Below the pieces are notes generated by a model. It searched no databases. It saw nothing but the letters and a program-made list of their open reading frames with translations, and was not told where the DNA came from. The position numbers were made by a program, and so were the translations under genes. A stretch of DNA of 64,000 nt from assembly GCA_020697715.1 (NCBI GenBank), contig JAEHCO010000006.1, positions 13,941-77,940 of the forward strand, in the 5' to 3' direction. Position 1 is the stretch's first letter. Each line of letters begins with the position of its first letter. Positions 39,501-47,760 of the stretch are shown here, one piece after another. Source of the stretch: Methanobacteriota archaeon. Its GTDB lineage: Archaea > Thermoplasmatota > Thermoplasmata > SG8-5 > JAGLSY01.

Positions 39501-40410
39501 CCTTATCTGGCTGGATCTCTGGTTCGGTCTCATCCATATCGAACTTGATCCCGCAATTAGAGCATTTTTCAGCGTCCTCCGAGATCAGGGAGCCGCATTC
39601 GGGGCAGAGTAAGAACTGACTCTTCTCTTCCTTGTACCAATATCCATCCGGAGCATCGGGATCCCTTGCGACCTCCAGGTCAGGACTGGCAGCTACCTCA
39701 TCAGCAGTCTCATCATCAGCCTCGAACACTACTCCACATTTGGAGCAATTGCCCGCATCTGAAGGTATGAAAGACCCACAATTGGGGCAGAGGAAAAGCT
39801 CGGCCTCATCCTTGTACCAGTGGCCATCGATATCACCATCTGCCTTTTCCACCAGCATATCTGCCAGTTCCTGTGATTCCGCATCCACTTCGGAAGTTTC
39901 TGGAGATACATCCTCCATATCGGGGTCGAATTTCACGCCACAATTATTACATTTACTGGCATCCTCAGAAATAAGTGCCCCACAATCGGGGCACATGAAG
40001 AACTGGCTCTTCTCCTCTTTGTACCAGAAGCCATCTGGAGCGTCTGGATCCATCTCCTGGGCAGGGGTTTGGGAAACCTCCTCCTCGCCTTCGAAGGCGA
40101 TGCCACAATTCGGGCAATTGTCTGTATCCTCTCCCAGAAGTGATCCACACATTGGACACATTGTCAGTCCTGTGCTTGTTTCCAGCTTATCGGATGGTTC
40201 TTCATCCACATCCACCATCATCTCCGCATAGTCCCTTATGCTGTATGCGAGACTCTTACCTATGCCAGGTATCCCAGAGAGTTCATCAAATGGACATTCG
40301 ACAAGTTCCTGCAATGACCTGAAACCCGCGGAGTATAGAATTCGAGCTTTTGCTCTTCCTATACCCGGTATGAGCAATAATTCTACAAGATGGTCATCAC
40401 TAGTAGACAT
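33505..40410 (-). CDS. Giant multidomain membrane protein: HhH, 10 Zn-ribbons, acidic linkers, TPR, (xxNG)n, TM, ectodomain with DUF11 repeats, PEF-CTERM
   Basis: IPGIG twice; ten CxxC-x10-CxxC; FDEAISCYDKA; xxNG repeats; internal TM; SVSKDAD/ITIVKVA DUF11 starts; IPEF-TM-RRK C-terminus. Confidence 0.85.
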   Translation of the reverse strand: MSTSDDHLVELLLIPGIGRAKARILYSAGFRSLQELVECPFDELSGIPGIGKSLAYSIRDYAEMMVDVDEEPSDKLETSTGLTMCPMCGSLLGEDTDNCPNCGIAFEGEEEVSQTPAQEMDPDAPDGFWYKEEKSQFFMCPDCGALISEDASKCNNCGVKFDPDMEDVSPETSEVDAESQELADMLVEKADGDIDGHWYKDEAELFLCPNCGSFIPSDAGNCSKCGVVFEADDETADEVAASPDLEVARDPDAPDGYWYKEEKSQFLLCPECGSLISEDAEKCSNCGIKFDMDETEPEIQPDKESEDLMDLLVDGTEKEEKNDDIDGFWYRDKAELFLCPDCGAFISGNASECDTCGLSFTEEKLRSELDKEPLPPETTTSDPDILDMLEEFTSHDEEEVASADEATVPIGSEDEDILTDELTMIADADLDLDDDHGIDDDQIELGTAISIEDGSELKELADMLLHDDELEGGSSDLDELDGHWYKDEVELFLCPNCGSFISSAADSCQYCGIVFEADDGEVEPDTDMEPEIARDPDAPDGFWYKEEKSQFFMCPECGALISEDASSCNNCGVKFDPNIEEPALELDADTEELADMLVEKTDTDLDGHWYKDEAELFLCPNCGAFLSGGASSCDICHAEFEPDGDIPISQLDPSDDVSIDPDEPDGYWYKEEKTQIFLCVECGALLAEDAGKCSNCGAVYDEDLDVEIDLDKEVRAEREIEELSDLLVEVSDKKDAEAQLIQDMEWEESVSELNLCPGCGSFVQAELSECPDCGIIISDAEEVSDELELDIDEPDIITLEDIAVDLDIADVLDGFESDAVSEDDATADAASDDLDERDILGEKLLEDIIAQDDSFDIDGIELFTTETDELELDIDEPILSEIISDEDIIENISLDLDDPIDILIDEEDDDDEPDGDDSDILVDQAEPDPKVGLGSMVDSLADDDTDEELSEMDVLEEMESDLILPELETKEEKRGISKDFLSRWSKLGDEPEEDTKPSGPTDDFIKQFLGMDEDETDDDLSLPDVVDIDMDIGEVIILEDLDALDEKIKEDPDNHIHWARKARLLAKAGSFDEAISCYDKAAELDDEKAPEYKKQILEILHGSVIPDDEDDLLDLELDEAPDPGVGIIKARLIDIDKDLELFPGTESLLMEKGELLDKLGLHEAALECYDQVIHSSYEEIEAESLKKTGKTPAGLINGTGRVNGKVNGRAVGTVDGRVNGKTNGHVNGRTNGHAFGKTNGRVNGKTNGRTNGLVNGRVIGGINGLVNGRVNGLVNGRVNGLINGSGGMINGHAFGTTGHATGSTNGLINGRLSGLVNGRVNGLVNGMGLINGDALANNRGRAHRKNIKSNASSAWRMRVTMMAALIFIMLFLPILTNSMIGDDTYGMDIDGDFSEWREFTSYHDSSIDQISNDDLNIIETRVNFRPPNMYFYIMVEGDLLGGSSSDSVRGLDSVFIFIDTDSDTSTGYEISNMGADVLLDVQGWGNRISEIDLKRFNNDMDHNDWNAFEYSHEANAAVNDNEMEIRVILDELTPSSQPSYAIMMQDSFGHFDISDSVISPLRGTLRASMSEAVDSDIIQPGDHDASLLLLESFGLDSDVEGLAFSSRGELGYEEMIGLRLVVDEGNQIYDASSDQVLETTMTGDGGDFTINFDRPLTIEAGERVSIFLIFDIPVSTDAPNVGVYLTDVLVPDGIKVHIAENSGAVHNIGDPENIEIDGAFGDWLGIGSNIDAANDVVGASDTNTSRINRNVDIGDYRMSVDDRLLIYTSLSGVAMGGMDVPTIRYRPGIAPVTNVSPITPAPLPDSDNDGVPNNIDGPNGSYAYDFNNDGIDDQNSNGDIDGDGVIDYNNDGPDMWLNTTIPLDFDPNYSGNFISRYIGPIGHVEIIGQDYLSIFIDSDNDVSTGDYKGGILGADHMVLIAGRNNKIISSELFTYLPTNSIPWEYIGTISSDLDYHRMEMGIPLSMMGLNSMDEFSVFIEISDWKHSIDQSDDTMSHNAQAPSGTRSAPPGDVPLPKPPPVPQVSVSKDADLRTAEPGDYISYTITLENKRNSATSAYVWLNDTLPTGVTYISDTSGISPTINGQTYTYPFTNLAGGTTITFDIVVQVDDTVADGTNLVNNVDVDFTDAAGVPYGSDSDSASTECARPDITIVKVANTTTAAPGTEVVYTIWYNNTGGAPANVWINDTIPAGTTYVSSSSAPDSIVVDDYSWYFPNVRKNTVNSLTITVLVDALAPAGTITNWASLNYTSPGGYQFAEQSDSATITVVIIPEFSSILPLALGIMGITFIGFRRKEKKEVNE
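36413..36831 (-). repeat. Degenerate 12-bp coding tandem repeat encoding xxNG tetrapeptides
   Basis: CCATT recurs at 12-nt period on the + strand; protein GRVNGKVNG...LVNGRVNGLING. Confidence 0.9.
38681..40051 (-). repeat. Near-identical ~130-bp internal duplications among Zn-ribbon modules (38681-38809 vs 39923-40051)
   Basis: Direct DNA match with few substitutions; offset 1242 bp, in frame. Confidence 0.85.
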
Positions 40411-40527
40411 AAGCAAGTATTGTTTGTCTTACTAAGTATATAGGCATTGTATCTCGAAAAGTAGATGTGCTATCTGCAAAATATGCGACAATATTACAAA
40501 AAGTTGTTAATCATCATATCTCGATCT

Positions 40528-41238
40528 TCATATCTCAAGAGCCGTGGAAAAGGGATCCAATCCGATATCCATAACATGTATCTCGGACTTTTGACCGATC
40601 TCCAATATCAATCGATCATTGGAACTCTTGATGACCTTGGGATCCTCGCCACCAGACCTCAATTTTTCAATGATGAAATCTCGAAAAGCTTTTGTTCGGT
40701 CATATTTGGACTCGGACATTTCCGCAAGTAATCTTGTTGGATAATATCGAGTATGGGTTCCTTCGTTCATCACACTGACAAGACCGATATTGATCAGTTT
40801 ATTGACCATTATGGACAGGCCTTGATGAGTCATTTCAAAATCCTGGGCATATTCTTTCTGGGTCATGCCAGGCTCATTTATTATCTTGATAAAAAGAGCT
40901 TTTGTCTTTTTTGAAGACAAAACGCAGAAGATATTGACATCCTCATCATCTATTTGACCCTCTGGCCACATGGATCTCTTGCGGCCTAATTTTCTCTCGA
41001 CCAAGAATCCCGAGGCCACGAGTTTGCCAATATGCCATTTGACGGTCGTATCACTCACATTCAAGATATCGGAGATATCCTTCAGTCCCAGACATGGATG
41101 AAAAGTGAGAAGAGAAAATATATTTCTCCGGATCTTATTATCGAATATCCTGGCATTCTCAGAAATTCCACCAGGTCTCTTGATATTATCAGGTTCCTTG
41201 ATCGCGCTTTCCAGAGCTTTTCCTACATTCCTACTCAT
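40528..41238 (-). CDS. Double winged-HTH transcriptional regulator
   Basis: RRNIFSLL..HP....DISDILNVSDTTVKWHIGKL and EPGMTQKE......HQGLSIMVNKL. Confidence 0.8.
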   Translation of the reverse strand: MSRNVGKALESAIKEPDNIKRPGGISENARIFDNKIRRNIFSLLTFHPCLGLKDISDILNVSDTTVKWHIGKLVASGFLVERKLGRKRSMWPEGQIDDEDVNIFCVLSSKKTKALFIKIINEPGMTQKEYAQDFEMTHQGLSIMVNKLINIGLVSVMNEGTHTRYYPTRLLAEMSESKYDRTKAFRDFIIEKLRSGGEDPKVIKSSNDRLILEIGQKSEIHVMDIGLDPFSTALEI

Positions 41239-41239
41239 C

Positions 41240-42118
41240 CTAATCTCCTTGATGTTCAGACAATATGGCATTGATCAACTCTTCGGTATTGACCTCTGAA
41301 AGGTCCCTATCTTTGAGATCCTTCAATGAATTTGCCAATCTTTTGAAAACATAGGACGGTAACTGCCCTTCGATCTTATTGAGATCAGTTGCGAATTGAC
41401 CAACTTTCTCTCGTTTTGGTATCAATGGATAATCTCCAGCCTGTACAACAAGACCAAAGCCTTTCATCAAAGAATATGGATGCTCCAGTTCACTGTGGGC
41501 ACTGGATCGGCACTTGATTATCTTCAGCTTTCTCTCCAATCTGGAACCTGCTTCGAAGCTACTTCTAAGGTGAATGACACAATCAGACAAGTACATGGGG
41601 ATCACAGTTTCATTACCCGACAGGTCGCCAACTGTGCCATGCTCCTCCAGTGTGCAGAGTACTGTTCCGACCTTTCTTGTTTCCTTCAGCATGAATCCTA
41701 TCAGATCACGTTGCTCATATCTGTCGGAAGTGGACCACACCACTGGAGTGAGAGGATCCACAGCAATTCGGGCATTAGCTCCCTTCCATGAGGATACGAA
41801 ATCAGGTAATTCCTTCTTTATGAACTGAGAGAACTCCTGACCACTGGCATCGATAAAGACAAGCTTGTCCTCCTCGATGAAGTTCAGGATCTCCGTCCAA
41901 CCCATCTCGATAGCTTCCTTGATGATCTGCTCCTTGTTCTCATCAAGGCTTACGAATATCCCTTCCTGGCCTGCTTCGAGGCCGCGTCTTATGAATTGAG
42001 TTGCGAAGGTGGTCTTTCCCGCCCCGCTCATCCCTATGACGACAGTGGTAGAATTCTCATTGATGCCTCCATCCAGAAGGGCATTGAGTCCGTAAATACC
42101 ACTGCTTATTTTCTTCAT
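41240..42118 (-). CDS. KaiC/RAD55-like RecA-superfamily ATPase
   Basis: SSGIYGLNALLDGG, GMSGAGKT, SLDE, IAVD and LKIIKCRSSAH motifs. Confidence 0.9.
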   Translation of the reverse strand: MKKISSGIYGLNALLDGGINENSTTVVIGMSGAGKTTFATQFIRRGLEAGQEGIFVSLDENKEQIIKEAIEMGWTEILNFIEEDKLVFIDASGQEFSQFIKKELPDFVSSWKGANARIAVDPLTPVVWSTSDRYEQRDLIGFMLKETRKVGTVLCTLEEHGTVGDLSGNETVIPMYLSDCVIHLRSSFEAGSRLERKLKIIKCRSSAHSELEHPYSLMKGFGLVVQAGDYPLIPKREKVGQFATDLNKIEGQLPSYVFKRLANSLKDLKDRDLSEVNTEELINAILSEHQGD

Positions 42119-42159
42119 ATATCATCAATCCTTATTTATCAGATCATGGATCTCTAAGA

Positions 42160-43176
42160 TCATAGGCCTCGATTCTGAAGTATTTGGTCATCAGGTATCT
42201 GTCCGATATCAAGTCCTGGCATCGCATTACCAAGTCCCATGGAAACTTCAGTTAGTGTTTTTGCATCCTCGTAGTTCGTGACAGCATCGGCGATCGACTT
42301 GGCCATCTTCTGAGGATCGCTTGATTTGAATATTCCAGAGCCAACGAACACGCCATCGCAACCCATGCTCATCATCAGGCTTGCATCTGCGGGTGTCGCT
42401 ATTCCACCAGCAGCGAAGTTAACGACTGGCAGTCTACCCAGGTCTCTGATCTCTATCAAAATAGCTTTAACATCGGCCTCCCAATCGGCCAATGTTCTTC
42501 CGCCAAAGACGATCGCATCGGCCGCGGTCTCAGCATCGCACCATTCCTCGCGGGTCGCTGATTCCAATTTTCCAAATGGCAGAGCGTATGTGTGGGCCAC
42601 GGCGTTTAACTTTTCCTCGTCGATGGTCTTCAGATTCTCGATCATCCTGTTCACCAGGTGCATGTGCCTGACAGCCTCAACAACATTGCCGGTGCCAGCC
42701 TCGCCCTTGGTCCTTATCATGGCCGCGCCCTCGGCGATACGTCTGACAGCCTCACCCAGATAGGTGCAACCACAGACGAAAGGAACTGTGAATTCTGATT
42801 TATTGATGTGATAATATGGATCTGCTGGAGTTAGGACCTCGGACTCGTCTATCATGTCCGCGCCCATGGACTCCCAAATTCGAGCTTCTGTAAAATGGCC
42901 AATTCTAACTTTGGCCATCACCGGAATACTTACCTCGTCCAGTATCTCCTGGAGCTTGGTCGGATCCGCAGCTCTAGCCACTCCACCCATGGCTCGAATA
43001 TCCGATGGCACACGCTCGAGGGACATCACGGCCACTGCGCCTGCGTCCTCCGCGATCCTGGCCTGTTCCGCTGTAACGACGTCCATTATGACGCCGCCTT
43101 TCTGCATCTTGGCAAATCCTCTTTTTAGAAGTTCGGTCCCGTGTCTGAATGAAGTTAGGTCTATGTCAATTGGCAA
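42160..43176 (-). CDS. pdxS: Pyridoxal 5'-phosphate synthase lyase subunit
   Basis: [36 protein letters not shown] and [11 protein letters not shown] motifs; TTG start with GGTGA SD. Confidence 0.96.
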   Translation of the reverse strand: MPIDIDLTSFRHGTELLKRGFAKMQKGGVIMDVVTAEQARIAEDAGAVAVMSLERVPSDIRAMGGVARAADPTKLQEILDEVSIPVMAKVRIGHFTEARIWESMGADMIDESEVLTPADPYYHINKSEFTVPFVCGCTYLGEAVRRIAEGAAMIRTKGEAGTGNVVEAVRHMHLVNRMIENLKTIDEEKLNAVAHTYALPFGKLESATREEWCDAETAADAIVFGGRTLADWEADVKAILIEIRDLGRLPVVNFAAGGIATPADASLMMSMGCDGVFVGSGIFKSSDPQKMAKSIADAVTNYEDAKTLTEVSMGLGNAMPGLDIGQIPDDQILQNRGL

Positions 43177-43275
43177 TATATCACCAGTTTCCCCAATAAA
43201 TACATCTGTATTTTAAAGTATTGGAAGATGGACATGAAAAATAAGGTTAATTATCAATTAATAAATGATAGATAA

Positions 43276-43324
43276 AAATGAAAAGATGATGATGGTCTTT
43301 GAAGGACCATCATCTTTCTGTTTT
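43276..43324. terminator. Hairpin flanked by A/T tracts downstream of pepF
   Basis: GATGATGGTC/GACCATCATC stem at 43288-43314. Confidence 0.6.
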
Positions 43325-43338
43325 CGAGCCTAGTTGAA

Positions 43339-45144
43339 TTAATACCCAACTTCCTTGGCCAGTTCCTCAGCCTGTTTGACCAGTTCATCAACAAGGTCAA
43401 ATCCTCTCTGCCAGAATCCTGGGTCTGTTATGTCCAGACCAAGTTTCGCAACCGTGTTCCTTGGGTAGTCGGAGCCGCCAGCTTTCAGAAGATCGATATA
43501 CTTACCGACAAACTCGTCGCCAGTCCTTCTGTATTCTTCATAAAGCGAAAGGACCATCAGTTCCCCGAAAGAGTAGGCGTAGGTGTAGAAAGGATAATGG
43601 ATGAAGTGGAGCACGTACGACCACCACTTTCCGTATTCCTCTGTCATCACGACAGAGTCCCCGAACATCCAAACATTCTCCTCGGTCCAGATCTTGTGGA
43701 GATCCTCAGGCTTCAGCTCGCCAATGTCCCGCCTATGAGCGTGCATGCGCTTCTCGAACCTGGTCATCATCACCTGGCGGAAGGAAGTGGCGAATATGTC
43801 CTCTATCTTTCCACATAGAAGTGATAATCTTAGTTTCGGGTCATCCTCCTTATCCAGCAGACTGTGGAAGAGGATCATCTCACCCATGACACTGGCCGTC
43901 TCAGCCATGGCCAGTGATGTGCTCATCTGCATGAATCCCTGCTCCCTGGCAAGATACTGGTGAATTCCATGGCCCAGTTCATGTGCCATGGTCATCGTGT
44001 CTGATAGATTATCTGTGTGATTGAGCTTGATATAAGGATGCATATCGGGTGTTATACCAGCACTGAATGCGCCTCCCTCTTTCCCATGCCTTACTTCGGC
44101 ATCGATCCAGTTATTGTCGAAGAACTTCTGGGCGATCTCACCAGAGATAGGTGAGAAATTCTTGTATGATTCCAGTGTCATGTTCTTCGCATCCTCATAG
44201 AGGCATTCCTTCTCGATCGGAAGAATGGGTGCGTATCTATCATAATCATACAGTGTGTCCAGACCCATTATCCTCTTCTTCAAATTGTAGAAGCGAGCAA
44301 CAAGTTCCACATTCTTATCAGTGGCATCCAGCAGACTCTGAACAGTGGAATCATCAACCTGATTGTCCATGTTCCTGACAGCCATCGGGTGCTTGTAATC
44401 CCTGAATGTATCGTGGGTGTAATGATCCTGTACAAGGGTATTGAACACGAAAGTAAGTAAGGACATCTGGTCCTCCAAAGATTTGGTAACGGCCTTATGG
44501 GCTTGGATCCTCATATCCCTGTCCGGATTGCGTAGATAGTTCAATGCCGCATCCAGAGGGAATTCTTTCTCTTCGCCGCCATCATTGATCTTGACGACCA
44601 TGTGACCCATTGTCTCATCGAATAGCCTTATGAAAGCAGATTTGCCAGTATTGGAAAGTGCATCCCATAGCTTTTCCTCACCCTCGGAAAGCTGGTGGGG
44701 CGCTCTCAGTCTCTCGACTTCCAGGAAATGCCTGTACTTGGCAACTTCCGGGCTGTCCAGCAATTTCTTCGCCTCGTCATCGCCTATCCTACACCAGGCC
44801 AATTCAAAGAATATTAGATGTGATTTGATCTCCGTGAACCTTTCTTGTGATCTCTGCATGAGAGCACCGTTCTCTGGTGAGAGGCAATCTCCCGCGAAGG
44901 TCAGATGTGCATAATAAAGGGGCTTGACAGCATCCTGATAAATGTCCTCCAACTCCTTCACAGCTTCAAATAGATCGCTTGGAGAGATGCCGGGTTTGAC
45001 GATATCCCTGTACTTGCTTTCAAAGGAACTAGCTCTTTGCTTGATGGCCTGGACATCGCTTTCTATCTTTGGGTCATCTATGCCAGCATAAAAATCTGTC
45101 AGATCCCAGCGAACTCCATGAGCACTGCTTTTCTTGTCTTCCAT
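43339..45144 (-). CDS. pepF: M3B oligoendopeptidase F
   Basis: WDL, GKEGGAF, TMAHELGHGIH, AETAS and HFIHYPFYTYAY motifs. Confidence 0.92.
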   Translation of the reverse strand: MEDKKSSAHGVRWDLTDFYAGIDDPKIESDVQAIKQRASSFESKYRDIVKPGISPSDLFEAVKELEDIYQDAVKPLYYAHLTFAGDCLSPENGALMQRSQERFTEIKSHLIFFELAWCRIGDDEAKKLLDSPEVAKYRHFLEVERLRAPHQLSEGEEKLWDALSNTGKSAFIRLFDETMGHMVVKINDGGEEKEFPLDAALNYLRNPDRDMRIQAHKAVTKSLEDQMSLLTFVFNTLVQDHYTHDTFRDYKHPMAVRNMDNQVDDSTVQSLLDATDKNVELVARFYNLKKRIMGLDTLYDYDRYAPILPIEKECLYEDAKNMTLESYKNFSPISGEIAQKFFDNNWIDAEVRHGKEGGAFSAGITPDMHPYIKLNHTDNLSDTMTMAHELGHGIHQYLAREQGFMQMSTSLAMAETASVMGEMILFHSLLDKEDDPKLRLSLLCGKIEDIFATSFRQVMMTRFEKRMHAHRRDIGELKPEDLHKIWTEENVWMFGDSVVMTEEYGKWWSYVLHFIHYPFYTYAYSFGELMVLSLYEEYRRTGDEFVGKYIDLLKAGGSDYPRNTVAKLGLDITDPGFWQRGFDLVDELVKQAEELAKEVGY

Positions 45145-45348
45145 ATTAACACCTTTTAGGAGCATAATATAAGGGAGGGTATTAGTGCTTTTTGTTAGGT
45201 TCAAGGATTATGGAAGTGGTGACCATCATTCTATGGCCGTTTCTTAAATTCGTCAATTGACGTACCCACAAATCGAAAGGTACTTATTATCTCAAGTGAT
45301 ATTCGTCTCCAGATGGGACGCACATACTCTTGAGGAGGGGTGGATACT

Positions 45349-46140
45349 ATGGTTCTGGATATTGAATATGAAACGATCGCGCTTGTATTCGAAGAAGGTA
45401 TGGTGAAGCTTGAGCTGAACAGGCCGGATGTTCACAATGCCTTCAATGATATCATGATCGCGGAGATCTCCGATGCCTTTAGAAGATTAGCATCAGAAAA
45501 AGAAATACTGGCTGTGGTCATAACAGGAAATGGAAAGAGCTTCTGCGCAGGAGCTGACCTCAATTGGATGAAGAAGATGGCTGGCTATTCTCGCGATGAG
45601 AACATAGAGGATGCCAGAAAAATGGCCGAGATGTTCATGGCCATTCAAGAATGTCCATTTCCCACGATCGCCAGTGTGAATGGGGCAGCCTTTGGTGGAG
45701 GTGTTGGTCTGGTCGCGGTCTGTGACTTTGCTTTCGCAACCCCAAATGCAAAATTCTCCTTCAGTGAGACCAACCTTGGTTTAATTCCTGCAGTTATTTC
45801 AAAATGGGTGATCGAGCGCATTGGGGTCAAGAGGGCGAAGCAGCTTTTCATGACTGGTGAGAGATTCGAAGCACCCTATGCTTGCGACATCGGACTGATA
45901 GATGGTTCGGTTCATGATCTGGATGGCACGATAAATGAGGTCATGACGCAATTCAGGACAAGCGGACCTATGTCGATAATTGAATCCAAGAAGCTCATAG
46001 ATAGATATCAAGATGATACTGGCTTCCTGGAATATTCCATAAATGCCATTGCCGACCTTCGAGCATCGGATGAAGGCAAGGAAGGAATAGCGGCCTTCCT
46101 TGACAAGAGGAAGGCAACTTGGAGGAGGGATGGATCATGA
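45349..46140 (+). CDS. Enoyl-CoA hydratase family, probable methylglutaconyl-CoA hydratase
   Basis: LNRPDVHNAFN, FCAGADLNWM, GGGVGL and SETNLGLIPAVI motifs; next to MCC genes. Confidence 0.88.
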   Translation: MVLDIEYETIALVFEEGMVKLELNRPDVHNAFNDIMIAEISDAFRRLASEKEILAVVITGNGKSFCAGADLNWMKKMAGYSRDENIEDARKMAEMFMAIQECPFPTIASVNGAAFGGGVGLVAVCDFAFATPNAKFSFSETNLGLIPAVISKWVIERIGVKRAKQLFMTGERFEAPYACDIGLIDGSVHDLDGTINEVMTQFRTSGPMSIIESKKLIDRYQDDTGFLEYSINAIADLRASDEGKEGIAAFLDKRKATWRRDGS

Positions 46141-47639
46141 TAGAAAAAGTACTTATTGCGAATAGAGGAGAGATAGCTGTTCGAGTGATCAACGCTTGCC
46201 AGGAAATGGATATCCAGACAGTCGCCATATACTCGGATGTGGATGAGAGTTCTTTACATGTGCAAAATGCTGATGAGGCATATCCTCTGGGCGATCCAAC
46301 ACCTTCAGAGAGCTATCTGAATATCCCGAAGATACTGGATATCGCTGCAAAGAGCGGCGCGGATGCCGTCCATCCTGGTTATGGATTCCTTTCAGAGAGG
46401 GAGGAATTTGCTCAAGCTTGTCTCGATGCTGGCTTGAAGTTCATAGGCCCCAGTGCGGAGGTCATTCATGGAATGGGTGACAAGATCGAGGCAAAACGCA
46501 CCATGGCCAATGCTGGAGTTCCGGTCATACCGGGATTCACAGGGGGCGAGGAGGATGGCGAAGAGACCCTTGAACAGGCGTGCCAGCGTATCGGATTCCC
46601 TGTCCTTATCAAGGCCACGGCAGGTGGCGGTGGCAAGGGGATGAAGGTCGTCGAGACGATGGAGGATCTAAAGGGTGCGGTTGATTCCGCTCGAAGGGAG
46701 GCCATATCCTCTTTTGGCAATGGCGAACTACTCCTTGAAAAATACCTGGAAAGACCCAGACATATCGAGTTCCAAATACTGGCTGACGAGCATGGAAAGA
46801 TCATTCACTTATTCGAGAGGGAATGCTCCATTCAGAGAAGGCACCAGAAGGTCATAGAGGAATCACCTTCTGTCGTGATCGATGACGATCTCAGGAACAG
46901 GATGGGCGAGGCCGCGATATTGGCTGCCAAAACCATCGGGTACACCAATGCTGGAACCGTGGAATTCATGGTCGATAAGAACAAGGATTTTTACTTCTTG
47001 GAGATGAATACCCGTCTGCAGGTGGAGCACGCTATCACGGAGATGACAACTGGTATAGATATTGTGAAATGGCAGTTGCGGATCGCATCCGGTGAGCCAT
47101 TAACACTGGAGCAGGACCAGGTTGGGCAGAGAGGGCATTCAATTGAGTGTCGAATTTACGCCGAGGACCCGGAGCAGGGATTCATGCCATCCACCGGGAA
47201 GCTGAAGACGGTGGATGTTCCACATGGCATCAATATCAGACATGATACTGGTGTGAAGGAAGGGGTGGAGATCACTCCTTACTATGACCCTATGCTGGCC
47301 AAGCTCATCGTGCGTGGTGAGAAGCGCGAGGATGCCATAAACAAAATGAAATGGGCATTGTCCAATTATATCACACTGGGTGTCACGACCAATGTGCCTT
47401 TTCTCAAAGCGATAATCGCCCATGAAGCCTTTGCCAGTGGGGATATAGACACTCATTTCATAGATACATATTTCAAAGACTGGGAGATGGCTGCGGAACT
47501 TCCAATGGAGGTGCTGATAGCCGCCGCCCTGGATGATATCAGCCGGAGTGGTCTGGCAGGTGGAGATGATCAAAAGGACGAGGCGCATGATGCGCATTCC
47601 CCGTGGAAGAATGCGGGACCCTGGAGGATAGACAGCTGA
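46137..47639 (+). CDS. Biotin carboxylase subunit (methylcrotonyl-CoA carboxylase alpha, N-terminal part)
   Basis: ANRGEIA, HPGYGFLSE, GGGGKGM, ECSIQRRHQK and EMNTRLQVEH motifs. Confidence 0.95.
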   Translation: MIEKVLIANRGEIAVRVINACQEMDIQTVAIYSDVDESSLHVQNADEAYPLGDPTPSESYLNIPKILDIAAKSGADAVHPGYGFLSEREEFAQACLDAGLKFIGPSAEVIHGMGDKIEAKRTMANAGVPVIPGFTGGEEDGEETLEQACQRIGFPVLIKATAGGGGKGMKVVETMEDLKGAVDSARREAISSFGNGELLLEKYLERPRHIEFQILADEHGKIIHLFERECSIQRRHQKVIEESPSVVIDDDLRNRMGEAAILAAKTIGYTNAGTVEFMVDKNKDFYFLEMNTRLQVEHAITEMTTGIDIVKWQLRIASGEPLTLEQDQVGQRGHSIECRIYAEDPEQGFMPSTGKLKTVDVPHGINIRHDTGVKEGVEITPYYDPMLAKLIVRGEKREDAINKMKWALSNYITLGVTTNVPFLKAIIAHEAFASGDIDTHFIDTYFKDWEMAAELPMEVLIAAALDDISRSGLAGGDDQKDEAHDAHSPWKNAGPWRIDS

Positions 47640-47649
47640 GGTGATTTGA

Positions 47650-47760
47650 ATGCGAGAACGAAGTGATTGTATTCCGACCTTCGGACAAAGTCCGAACCCT
47701 CATATGTGCGAACATAGTTCTCACATACGAAAAATCCGAGTGAAAGGAGGAGATTAGAAT
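47650..47760 (+). other. 111-bp intergenic hairpin-containing insert carrying a 35-codon ORF
   Basis: TTCGGAC-aaa-GTCCGAA and TATGTG...CACATA hairpins; ATG 47650 to TAG 47757; SD-like sequences at both ends. Confidence 0.45.

Noticed and set aside
38681-40051. DGR template/variable repeat pair
   Set aside because: Both copies are coding, differences are not adenine-specific and no reverse transcriptase is present
42480-42640. Insertion in PdxS as an intein or novelty
   Set aside because: No intein terminal motifs; longer PdxS variants with this helical insert are known in archaea
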